In this document: one piece after another, positions 34,692-42,856 of the stretch | Layout: each line of letters begins with the position of its first letter | Numbering within the stretch: position 1 is the stretch's first letter | From: an uncultured Spirochaetia bacterium | Lineage (GTDB): Bacteria > Spirochaetota > Spirochaetia > JABEVK01 | Length of the DNA stretch: 64,000 bases | NCBI GenBank assembly: GCA_937960645.1 | Contig: CALGPJ010000012.1 | Location: 2,702-66,701 of the forward strand | Direction of reading: 5' to 3' | Notes under the pieces: generated by a model | What the model was told of the DNA's origin: nothing | What the model saw: only the letters and a program-made list of their open reading frames with translations | The model's database searches: none | Position numbers and translations under genes: made by a program

Positions 34692-37102
34692 CCATCACCG
34701 AGGTCTTTCCCCCCAAGGTACTCGCCTCCATGAAGGAGGACCTCCAGGAAGCCGGCGGGCACGAGGTCCTGTGGGTTGCCCAGGTCGATGCGAACCTCAA
34801 CGTCACTTCGGTGGAAAAGGTCGCCGAGGGGACGATCGATTCGGTGGCTGTCCTGCGTCCCTGGGCCGAATCCGGGGATGCCATTATCCACAACCACCCC
34901 TCCGGCAACACCCATCCCAGCAAGGCCGACCTCGACGTGGCGCATCAACTGGGGGAATGGGGGGTGGGATTTATTATTGTAGATAACAAACTTACCTCCT
35001 GCCGCATCGTGGCCAGGCCGTTGGTGCTGCGGCCCATCGACGAGCTGGAAGGGGAGAAGCTCGCCGAAGTCCTCAAACCTGGGGGAAAGCTCAGCCAGGA
35101 GCCGGGCTATGAATACCGCAGCGCTCAGGTGGCGCTTCTTGAGGCCATCGTCCACGCCTTCAACCGGGACAGGGTCCTGGTGGCCGAAGCAGGAACGGGG
35201 ATCGGCAAAAGTTACGCCTACCTCCTTCCCGCCCTGAACTGGGCACAGAAGAACAAGGAACGGGTCGTGATTTCCACCGGCACCATCAACCTCCAGCGGC
35301 AGGTGCTGGAGAAAGACATTCCCCGGGTTCAAAAGCTGTTGGGGACTCGGCTTCGCGCGGAACTGGTCAAGGGCCGCAGCAACTACCTCTGCCCGGCACG
35401 CCTGGCTGAAGCCCTGAAAGAAGCCGATCCCCAACAAAAAGAGGCCTTGAAGCCCTTTGCCGATTGGGCCGAAACCAGCCCCACCGGGGACCGCGAAGAT
35501 TTCAATGGTAGCATTTCCCCGGATGTCTGGTCCGAAATATGCTCCGAAAAAGAAATTTGCGCGGGCTTTCGCTGCGGCCTGCGGGAAGATTGCTTCGTGA
35601 CCCAGGCCCGCAAGCGCGCTGCCGCAGCCCAAATCCTGGTGGTCAATCACCACCTGCTCCTGGCCGATTTGAGCCTGAGGTTGGACGGCATGGGCTGGCA
35701 AGGAAACGCCGTCCTGCCCCCGTTTAGAAGATTGGTGATCGACGAGGCCCACAAAATCGAGGAAAGCGCCACAAGCTATTTTTCCCAGTTCTACAGCCGC
35801 CGCCGGGTGTTGCGCCTGATCCGACGCTTGTTCCGCCGAAAGAAACGAAAGCAGCTGGGCGTCCTCGTACAGTTGAGTGAAGAAATCACTCTGCCGGTAA
35901 AACTCACCGACATCGAAAAAAAGCTGGAAGTCATCGATGCCCATTCCAGCGCGGTCCAAACAGGGGCTCAGGAGATCCTGGGCGAAGAAAACTCCTTGTG
36001 GATGCGTGAAATCGACCAGAGAATTCGCGACCTTTTACTGCGGCCTTTGCAGGAACTGCAACTCAGCTTTCTGGAGCTGACGAATCTTTGCCAAAAAATC
36101 AACCGAGGGCTATCGGAAAAGACCGCACAATCCCCGGTCGGCTACGAATTTCGGCACCTTATCGAGCGCCTCCAATCCCTGGCCGCCTTGATGGGGCAAA
36201 TCCTCCAATTCGAAGAACAGAAAAATCTGATTTATTGGCTGGAAAGGTCCCAGGATGACGTCAACATCAACATCAGTCCCATCGAGCTGGGTCCCTACCT
36301 TCATGAAGCCCTCTTCGAGCCGATCAAGACCGTCGTCGCAGTCAGTGCCACCCTGGCAGTACGCCAGGGATTTGACTATTTTCTCAAGAATAGTGGGGCC
36401 GACCGTCTCCCGTCCGAAAGACGGATCACCTCCCTCTTCGAAAGCCCCTTCGACTACGCCAGCCGCGTGCTTTTGGGTGTTCCCACCGACATCGCCCCTC
36501 CAGAACAAAAAGTTGCCTGGTTCCAAAAGTCTCTCGAGTTCACCCGGCAGGCACTCAAGATCAGCGGCGGCGGCGCCCTGCTCCTCTTTACCAGTTACGA
36601 ACAGCTCAGGGAAGCACGCGACGCTTTGCAGCCTTTTTGTGCACACCAGGGCATCAATCTTTACCATCAAGGTCAAACCAGCAATTCCCAGCTGTTGAGA
36701 CAGTTCAACCAGGATGTGGACTCTATCCTTCTCGCTACCTACAGTTTCTGGGAGGGGGTCGATAGTCCCGGGGATACCCTGAGGCTCTTGATCATCTTCA
36801 AGCTCCCTTTCAGCGTGCCAACGGACCCAGTCCGGCTTGCCCGAAGCGAATACCTGGAAAAGATGGGCAGGAACTCGTTCCGGGAGCTAAGTTTGCCTGA
36901 AGCGGTCATCCGCTTGAAGCAGGGTTTTGGACGCCTCATGCGCCGCAGCGACGACGGGGGCGCCGTACTCATCCTGGACAGCCGTCTGGTCAACAAGTTT
37001 TACGGGAGGGAGTTCCTGGATTCCTTACCGCCGGCCAGGCAGGCCATACTTCCCTCGGTTGAATTGACCGAAGCACTGGAACGGCATTTCAGAAACCTAT
37101 AA
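34688..37102 (+). CDS. RadC-type JAB/MPN domain fused to DinG/XPD-family Fe-S DNA helicase (804 aa)
   Basis: Start at ATG 34688, overlapping the punA stop (ATGA). JAMM motif IIHNHPSGNTHPSKAD (34889-34930). Walker A AEAGTGIGKSYA. Cys cluster NYLCP ... CSEKEICAGFRCGLREDC. DEAH box VIDEAHKIEE. C-terminal helicase motifs include WEGVD and GFGRLMRR. Confidence 0.85.
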   Translation: MTITEVFPPKVLASMKEDLQEAGGHEVLWVAQVDANLNVTSVEKVAEGTIDSVAVLRPWAESGDAIIHNHPSGNTHPSKADLDVAHQLGEWGVGFIIVDNKLTSCRIVARPLVLRPIDELEGEKLAEVLKPGGKLSQEPGYEYRSAQVALLEAIVHAFNRDRVLVAEAGTGIGKSYAYLLPALNWAQKNKERVVISTGTINLQRQVLEKDIPRVQKLLGTRLRAELVKGRSNYLCPARLAEALKEADPQQKEALKPFADWAETSPTGDREDFNGSISPDVWSEICSEKEICAGFRCGLREDCFVTQARKRAAAAQILVVNHHLLLADLSLRLDGMGWQGNAVLPPFRRLVIDEAHKIEESATSYFSQFYSRRRVLRLIRRLFRRKKRKQLGVLVQLSEEITLPVKLTDIEKKLEVIDAHSSAVQTGAQEILGEENSLWMREIDQRIRDLLLRPLQELQLSFLELTNLCQKINRGLSEKTAQSPVGYEFRHLIERLQSLAALMGQILQFEEQKNLIYWLERSQDDVNINISPIELGPYLHEALFEPIKTVVAVSATLAVRQGFDYFLKNSGADRLPSERRITSLFESPFDYASRVLLGVPTDIAPPEQKVAWFQKSLEFTRQALKISGGGALLLFTSYEQLREARDALQPFCAHQGINLYHQGQTSNSQLLRQFNQDVDSILLATYSFWEGVDSPGDTLRLLIIFKLPFSVPTDPVRLARSEYLEKMGRNSFRELSLPEAVIRLKQGFGRLMRRSDDGGAVLILDSRLVNKFYGREFLDSLPPARQAILPSVELTEALERHFRNL

Positions 37103-37127
37103 AAAAGGGGGCAAATCGCCCCCTTTT
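37101..37127. terminator. bidirectional intrinsic terminator between convergent genes
   Basis: AAAAAA-GGGGGC-aaatc-GCCCCC-TTTT. Confidence 0.7.
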
Positions 37128-37145
37128 GAAAAGGAACCTCTCGAC

Positions 37146-37826
37146 TCAGAACGTGAACTGCACACCCAGCGACACTCTGTTCCCCGCGATTTTCGTGCGG
37201 TCGACTTTACCCTCGCTAAAGTTGAAATACCGGGTGTAGTCCATGTAGAAGAACCACACCGAAGCGCGGATTCCGGCAACAAATTGAGTGACCGGACCCG
37301 CAAGAGTTTCTTCTCCCCTTTCTATCGTGTTGTTGGGATCGTTCACATCGCTGTCATATTGCCAGGTCATCGTGAGATAATTGAAGTTGAGTCCCATGAA
37401 GAAGCTGCCGGTTAAAAAACCTTCGGCAAGCCTCAGGGTGGCGATGACACGTGGGCTAAGGTCGATATCCCAATAATTTGCCTTGAAACCCGCCTGGCTC
37501 AGCCACGCATAAAATACATAGCCCGAACCCGTATCTTGCAGTTCCTGGTTGTAAACCAGGGCGGAATAGGAATCCTCACCGACCTTGGCAATCATCAGGT
37601 TGAACTCGAAACCAATATAGATAGGAAGAGGCGGCAAAATAGGCGCCCCCAAACCTAAAAATGCCGTAAATTTACCGGTGTCGATGGGGTTGAGCTGGGT
37701 TCCCTCGTAGTTGGTAAACCCGCCCGTGGCTCCCCCCAATCCAATCCATCCCGTCAGATCGTTCCCCTGGGCATGAAGTGAACTCATACCGAGCGAGATG
37801 ATTGTTAACAGCAAAAGCTTCCTCAT
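37146..37826 (-). CDS. small outer-membrane beta-barrel protein
   Basis: AAGGGGGGA before the ATG. Signal peptide MRKLLLLTIISLGMSSLHAQG. Alternating beta pattern, ending in C-terminal SLGVQFTF. Confidence 0.65.
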   Translation of the reverse strand: MRKLLLLTIISLGMSSLHAQGNDLTGWIGLGGATGGFTNYEGTQLNPIDTGKFTAFLGLGAPILPPLPIYIGFEFNLMIAKVGEDSYSALVYNQELQDTGSGYVFYAWLSQAGFKANYWDIDLSPRVIATLRLAEGFLTGSFFMGLNFNYLTMTWQYDSDVNDPNNTIERGEETLAGPVTQFVAGIRASVWFFYMDYTRYFNFSEGKVDRTKIAGNRVSLGVQFTF

Positions 37827-37948
37827 AAATCCCCCCTTAAAAACATGTTTTATCGATCACTTTCTCTGTTTTGAGTTTGTGAACATGACTCAATATACAA
37901 GCGTCCCCTGAGTTTTTCAAATCATCCATCGCCTTTTACCATTCACGA

Positions 37949-37983
37949 TTGAACTTTTCTACATTTTTGTGTAATCTCAAACT
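37949..37983 (+). promoter_or_regulatory. sigma-70-type promoter abutting GTG 37984 (predicted leaderless)
   Basis: TTGAAC-N17-TAATCT-caaact-GTG. An in-frame TAA inside the -10 box excludes any upstream start. Confidence 0.45.
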
Positions 37984-39549
37984 GTGTCCAACCTCGATCT
38001 TTCTACAGATTTGAAGGACAGGCTCAGCCAACTGAGCCTTCTCTTCGATATCAGCCAGGTCATCAGCAGTCCTCTTCCCTTCGAAGAAATCATCGAAAGC
38101 ATCTTCAAAAAGCTGCAAAGCGGTATCCAGATCAATCGGGGCATCCTCACCCTCCTCAATCGGAACACTTCCGAAATCATCATCGATACGGGTTTTAACC
38201 TCACCCCCGAGGAAAAAAGCCGGGGGCGCTACCGCCTGGGGGAGGGCATCACCGGCGAGGTGATTCAGACCGGCCGGCCAATTGTGGTCCCGCGGATCGG
38301 CGAGGAGCCTCGCTTCCTGAACAAGACCAACGCCCGCCGAAGGCCTGAGGACCTCGAGTTGAGCTTCATTTGCATTCCGATCCGCCAGGGTTCCGAGACG
38401 ATCGGTGCTCTGGGCGTCGATAAGCTTTACACGGACACCCAATTGATCGATGTGGACATTCAGGTTCTGACAGTCATCGCCTCGATGATCGCCCAAAATG
38501 TGAGCCTTCGCCAGCAATTTCAGGAAGAAAAGGAGTTCCTGCTCCGCGAAAATATCCGCCTGAATCAGGCCCTCACCGAAAAGTTCCGCTTTGATAACAT
38601 CATTGGAACCAACCATGCCATCCGCCAGGTGTTCGAGCTCATTGCCCAGGTAAGCACCAGTAATGCCACGGTCCTTATTCGCGGTGAGAGCGGAACGGGA
38701 AAGGAAATCATTGCCTCGGTCATTCATTACAACAGCCTGAGGCACGAAGGTCCGTTCATTCGGGTGAACTGCGCCGCCTTGCCTGAAAGCCTCATCGAAA
38801 GCGAACTTTTTGGGCACGAAAAAGGAGCATTTACCGGTGCCGTCTCCGAGCGCAAAGGACGGTTCGAGCTGGCCCACGGCGGTACCCTGTTTTTGGACGA
38901 GATCGGTGATCTCAGCCCACTGATCCAGGTCAAACTCCTGCGTGCCTTGCAGGAGAGGGAGATCGAGAGGGTGGGCAGCGGCAAACCCATTTCCATCGAT
39001 ACCCGAGTCATCGCGGCAACCAACCGAAACCTCGAGGAGCTGATGAGTCAAGGCAAGTTCCGCGAGGACCTGTTTTACCGTCTCAACGTCTTCCCCATCC
39101 ATGTTCCGCCGCTTCGGGAACGCAAAAGCGATATTCCACTCCTCGTGGATCATTTTATCGAAAAGTACAACCAGCGTCATGGGAAAAATGTCAAAAGAAT
39201 CGCCTCGACCGCCATCAATCTTTTGATGGCCTACCACTGGCCGGGAAACATCCGGGAGTTGGAGAACACGATCGAAAGAGCCGTTCTTCTGGCCAGCGAC
39301 GGGGTGATCATGGCCCATCACCTTCCGCCAACCCTCCAAACTGCCCAGAGCTCCAAGACCGAAATCTTTCAGAACCTCGAGCAGAGGCTCGATCAAATCG
39401 AAAAAGACATGATTTTGGATGCCCTCAAAGCGACCAACGGCAATTACTCCAAGGCTGCGAAGCTTTTGGGGCTCACCGAGCGAAAGATGGGACTCCGAAT
39501 CCAGAAGTTTGGCCTTACCAAAGAAGTTCTAAAAGGTACGTTTTTGTAG
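37984..39549 (+). CDS. sigma-54-dependent transcriptional activator with N-terminal GAF domain (NifA/NtrC-family EBP, no receiver)
   Basis: GAF region, then an AAA+ core with [23 protein letters not shown] and DEIGDL. C-terminal Fis-type [28 protein letters not shown]. Confidence 0.9.
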   Translation: MSNLDLSTDLKDRLSQLSLLFDISQVISSPLPFEEIIESIFKKLQSGIQINRGILTLLNRNTSEIIIDTGFNLTPEEKSRGRYRLGEGITGEVIQTGRPIVVPRIGEEPRFLNKTNARRRPEDLELSFICIPIRQGSETIGALGVDKLYTDTQLIDVDIQVLTVIASMIAQNVSLRQQFQEEKEFLLRENIRLNQALTEKFRFDNIIGTNHAIRQVFELIAQVSTSNATVLIRGESGTGKEIIASVIHYNSLRHEGPFIRVNCAALPESLIESELFGHEKGAFTGAVSERKGRFELAHGGTLFLDEIGDLSPLIQVKLLRALQEREIERVGSGKPISIDTRVIAATNRNLEELMSQGKFREDLFYRLNVFPIHVPPLRERKSDIPLLVDHFIEKYNQRHGKNVKRIASTAINLLMAYHWPGNIRELENTIERAVLLASDGVIMAHHLPPTLQTAQSSKTEIFQNLEQRLDQIEKDMILDALKATNGNYSKAAKLLGLTERKMGLRIQKFGLTKEVLKGTFL

Positions 39550-39623
39550 TGTTTTTTACGTTTATGTATTATTAACCCAGCGACAAGGGTTGCAATCACC
39601 CCCGTTCGAATGTTCGACTCCTT

Positions 39624-39719
39624 CGTTTCGTATCGGTAAATAAGCTTCGAATCACGATCACGAGGATTTTTCGTGCTGTCGTCTACCGAAGGGGGGCCCC
39701 AGGTTTCCGTTTCGTATCG
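39624..39719 (+). repeat. two perfect 12-bp direct repeats CGTTTCGTATCG, 84 bp apart (candidate enhancer sites)
   Basis: Copies lie at 39624-39635 and 39708-39719. The second is embedded in the dyad TTCG-TAT-CGAA. The surrounding 39605-39651 is rich in TTCG(A) cores. Confidence 0.5.
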
Positions 39720-39984
39720 AAGATTTACGTAGTGCCTCAGCAATTGTCCCCCAGAATTAACGACTTTGGCCCAAAAAATTAGTAAAAATGTTCGCAAAAG
39801 CCACAATCCTCGAACACATTCCCCAAATAATGGAAACAAATATCGGCCGCAAAAACCCGCATTTTCCCACTTAGGCGAAAACCACAAGCTACATGGGCCC
39901 ATTTTGGGGCTAACGGACAAAACTTGAGCACAATCAACGCGGCACTGGGGAAGATTTAATACGAAAACGCAATCTTTTTATCTC

Positions 39985-40000
39985 TGGCACGCTTCTTGCT
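39985..40000 (+). promoter_or_regulatory. sigma-54 (-24/-12) promoter of amtB-glnK
   Basis: cTGGCACgcttcTTGCTt is an exact TGGCAC-N5-TTGCW. It lies 32 nt upstream of the amtB ATG, with AAGGAGG in between. Confidence 0.8.
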
Positions 40001-40031
40001 TTTACTCTGAGTTTGCTTAAGGAGGTAAAGC

Positions 40032-41405
40032 ATGAGCAAAATCAAACTCGGTTTGTTCCTGGCGCTTCTGGTGTTCGGTAGCGCGAGTGTGTGGTCTCAG
40101 GAGGAACCCGCTGAGCCGCCGACTGTGGAGAGCGTACAATCCGGATTGGAGGCCGTCCAGAGCAGTCTGACCATGATCTGGTTGGTCCTGGCGGGGGCCC
40201 TGGTATTTTTCATGCAGGCCGGTTTTGCCGCTGTGGAAGTGGGATTGACCCGCGCCAAAAACTCGGCCAACATCATCATGAAGAACCTGATGGACTTCTC
40301 GGCGGGTTCCGTTGCATTCTTTTTCGTGGGATGGGGGCTCATGTACGGGGCAACGGCCTCCGGTCTGGTGGGTACGTCGAACTTCGCCTTGATGGGATAC
40401 GAGGCCGGGGAGGTCGCCAACATCCTTCGGGACTGGTTCTTCCAGGTAGTGTTTGCCGCCACGGCAGCCACGATCGTTTCGGGAGCGATGGCGGAGCGCA
40501 CCAAGTTTGTGTCCTACCTTCTCTACTCCATCTTTATCAGCGCCGTCGTCTATCCCATCAGCGGCCACTGGATATGGGGAGGAGGCTGGTTGAGTGAACT
40601 CGGTTTCCACGACTTTGCCGGTTCGACGGTGGTGCATAGTGTCGGCGGTTGGGCAGCCCTGGCTGGTGCCATCCTGCTCGGTCCGCGAATTGGGAAATAC
40701 GTCAAACTTTCCGATGGCAAAGTCAAGGTAAAAGCCATCCTTGGCCACAATCTTCCCCTGGCTGCCCTGGGTGTGTTCATCCTCTGGTTCGGATGGTACG
40801 GGTTCAACGCCGGCTCCACCCTGGACGGCAACAGTGGGGACATCGGCTGGGTGGCTGTTACCACCACGTTGGGAGCCTCTACGGGTGCTGTCGGGGCCAT
40901 GCTGACTTCCTGGTTCCTGTTCAAAAAGCCGGACACCTCGATGTCGCTCAACGGCGCCCTGGCCGGTCTGGTAGCCATCACCGCTCCCACCTATGTCGTT
41001 GAACCGTGGGCGGCCATCGTGATCGGTCTAATCGGTGGAATCCTGGTGGTTCTCAGCGTCGAATTCTTCGACAAGGTCCTGCACATCGACGACCCCGTGG
41101 GTGCCATCTCCGTCCACGGTGTTTGCGGTGTTTGGGGGACCCTCGCCGTGGGACTTTTCGCCAATCGGCCCGATGATGAAATTGTCGGTTTGTTTTATAA
41201 CGGCAGTTTTTACCAACTGGGAGTCCAGGCCCTCGGCGTCCTTGCGGTGTTCGCCTGGGTTGCGATCACCATGGGTCTCTTCTTCCTCCTCCTCAAGTTC
41301 ACGATCGGGCTCAGGGTTTCCGAAAAGGAAGAATTACAGGGCCTGGACATCACCGAACACGCCGCCGAAGCCTACCCTGGCTTCCAGATCTTCAGCAATA
41401 TGTAA
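40032..41405 (+). CDS. amtB: ammonium transporter
   Basis: Signal peptide followed by 11 TM helices. Amt signatures: AGFAAVEVGL, DFAGSTVVHSVGG, FGWYGFNAGS, DDPVGAISVHGVCG. Confidence 0.95.
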   Translation: MSKIKLGLFLALLVFGSASVWSQEEPAEPPTVESVQSGLEAVQSSLTMIWLVLAGALVFFMQAGFAAVEVGLTRAKNSANIIMKNLMDFSAGSVAFFFVGWGLMYGATASGLVGTSNFALMGYEAGEVANILRDWFFQVVFAATAATIVSGAMAERTKFVSYLLYSIFISAVVYPISGHWIWGGGWLSELGFHDFAGSTVVHSVGGWAALAGAILLGPRIGKYVKLSDGKVKVKAILGHNLPLAALGVFILWFGWYGFNAGSTLDGNSGDIGWVAVTTTLGASTGAVGAMLTSWFLFKKPDTSMSLNGALAGLVAITAPTYVVEPWAAIVIGLIGGILVVLSVEFFDKVLHIDDPVGAISVHGVCGVWGTLAVGLFANRPDDEIVGLFYNGSFYQLGVQALGVLAVFAWVAITMGLFFLLLKFTIGLRVSEKEELQGLDITEHAAEAYPGFQIFSNM

Positions 41406-41417
41406 GGAGGAAAGACC

Positions 41418-41759
41418 ATGAAACTGATCATCGCCTACATTCAGCCGCACAAACTGAACGATGTAAAGCAAGAACTTTACGCGAACGAAATTTACAAGAT
41501 GAGTGTGACCAACTCGCTGGGATGTGGCCAGCAAGCGGGGTACACGGAGCACTACCGCGGAGTGGACATCGAGGTCAACCTCCTGAAGAAGGTACGTCTC
41601 GAGATCGCCGTGAACGATAACTTCGTGACTAAAACGGTGGATGCCATCATTAAGGGTGCCCGAACCGGGGAAATTGGTGACGGAAAAATCTTCATCCTCC
41701 CCCTGGAAGACTGTATCCGCATTCGAACAGGGGATAAAGGAAGCTCGGCCATCGGCTGA
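41418..41759 (+). CDS. glnK: P-II nitrogen regulatory protein (GlnK-type, amtB-linked)
   Basis: [17 protein letters not shown] ... [24 protein letters not shown]-loop position 51 is Ile rather than Tyr. Confidence 0.9.
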   Translation: MKLIIAYIQPHKLNDVKQELYANEIYKMSVTNSLGCGQQAGYTEHYRGVDIEVNLLKKVRLEIAVNDNFVTKTVDAIIKGARTGEIGDGKIFILPLEDCIRIRTGDKGSSAIG

Positions 41760-41780
41760 TTTGCCGCCTCGACAACGAAA

Positions 41781-41807
41781 CCACCCCCAGCACGGGGGTG
41801 GTTTTTT
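41781..41807 (+). terminator. intrinsic terminator after glnK
   Basis: CCACCCCC-agcac-GGGGGTGG followed by TTTTTT. Confidence 0.8.
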
Positions 41808-41977
41808 ATTTTCTGACGTTTCTGCCGATAAAATTTAAAAAACAACGAAGTTTCTCCTTCGGAGACTTGAATAAATATTAATATTTGATATTTTGGATTA
41901 TGTTAGATAAGTTTTATTATTGATTTTTTAGATATTAGGATCGATAATTATACTATTGAAACTGCCAAGGAGGAGCG

Positions 41978-42856
41978 ATGAAAAACTTTTTCGCCTGGAG
42001 CTTCTTTCTGTTGATTGCGGGGAACTGGGCCTATGGGGAGGTGATCTACCTGCGCAGCGGCGAGATCGTGATTGGTAACATCGTCGGGGCCGGGCTGGGC
42101 ACCATCTCGGTTCGCTCTTTCGGTAAGGAACGCAACATTCCCTCCAAAGACATCCTGAAAACCATCGCCTCCTTGCGGGAAATTGGTGAAGACACCGTCC
42201 TGGTGGTTCTCAAGGATGGAACCAACATCGTCGGGAAACCGGTGGATGTGGACGACGAGCTGGGATTGTTCGTGGACATTGGGTTCGGCAACCTCGCTCT
42301 TCCCACCCGGGCCATCTCTTCGATATACGACCCGGAAAGACGGGCCGTGGCCCAGGGGACTTCCGTCAATTTCTCGGGTAACTTCAAATACATCCTCCCC
42401 CTGAGTAGCAGTTTTTCGCCCGGTATTGGGGGTTCCGTCAGCACCGAGGTTCGGCTGGGGCAGATCCGAGAATTATTCCTCAATCCGGTGGTGTCTTTTT
42501 ATCACATGGACTACAAGGTCAACGATAAAATCGATTTTTACAACGTTGCCGTCGATTTGAATATTCTTTACAAACTTCTGGTTTTTGGGGAAATTCTTCC
42601 CGCGGTAGAGTTCCTGGTGCCCTATTTCGGATTGGGCGCTGGCGCCACCTTGGTCAATCTTTTCGATGCCCGCGACGAGGCGCCCCTTCCCCAATATGGT
42701 CTGTTGACAGGTTCCTTCAATGCCCAGGCCGGTTTCGAGTGGCGATTCCCGCTCAACATCGCCTTGAAAACGGGGGCAATTTTCGAAGGCATCCTCCAAT
42801 CGGGCGGGCTGTTCTGGAACGTCTATTTGGTGGCCGGGTTGGGCTATGGTTTTTAG
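41978..42856 (+). CDS. outer-membrane beta-barrel protein with N-terminal soluble beta domains
   Basis: AAGGAGG before the ATG. Signal peptide MKNFFAWSFFLLIAGNWAYG. The C-terminal half has an alternating beta pattern and ends in VAGLGYGF. Confidence 0.6.
   Translation: MKNFFAWSFFLLIAGNWAYGEVIYLRSGEIVIGNIVGAGLGTISVRSFGKERNIPSKDILKTIASLREIGEDTVLVVLKDGTNIVGKPVDVDDELGLFVDIGFGNLALPTRAISSIYDPERRAVAQGTSVNFSGNFKYILPLSSSFSPGIGGSVSTEVRLGQIRELFLNPVVSFYHMDYKVNDKIDFYNVAVDLNILYKLLVFGEILPAVEFLVPYFGLGAGATLVNLFDARDEAPLPQYGLLTGSFNAQAGFEWRFPLNIALKTGAIFEGILQSGGLFWNVYLVAGLGYGF

Noticed and set aside
37936-39396. 486-aa ORF on the minus strand
   Set aside because: It is entirely antisense to the sigma-54 activator, whose AAA+ and HTH motifs are unambiguous. 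It has no motifs of its own and is typical of GC-rich antisense frames.
39603-39620. GTTCGAAT-like string reminiscent of a tRNA T-loop
   Set aside because: No acceptor, D or anticodon stems can be drawn around it. It is part of the TTCG-rich repeat block.
39444-39920. 158-aa minus-strand ORF in the long spacer upstream of amtB
   Set aside because: It overlaps the activator 3-prime end by about 100 nt, has no SD or motif, and lies in an AT-rich regulatory region. Its RYETE/RYETKE repeats merely reflect the 12-bp DNA repeats.
39550-40031. Possible riboswitch (c-di-AMP/ydaO-like or glutamine) upstream of amtB
   Set aside because: The conserved cores I remember are not present. Most of the spacer also lies upstream of the sigma-54 promoter, so it would not be in the amtB transcript.
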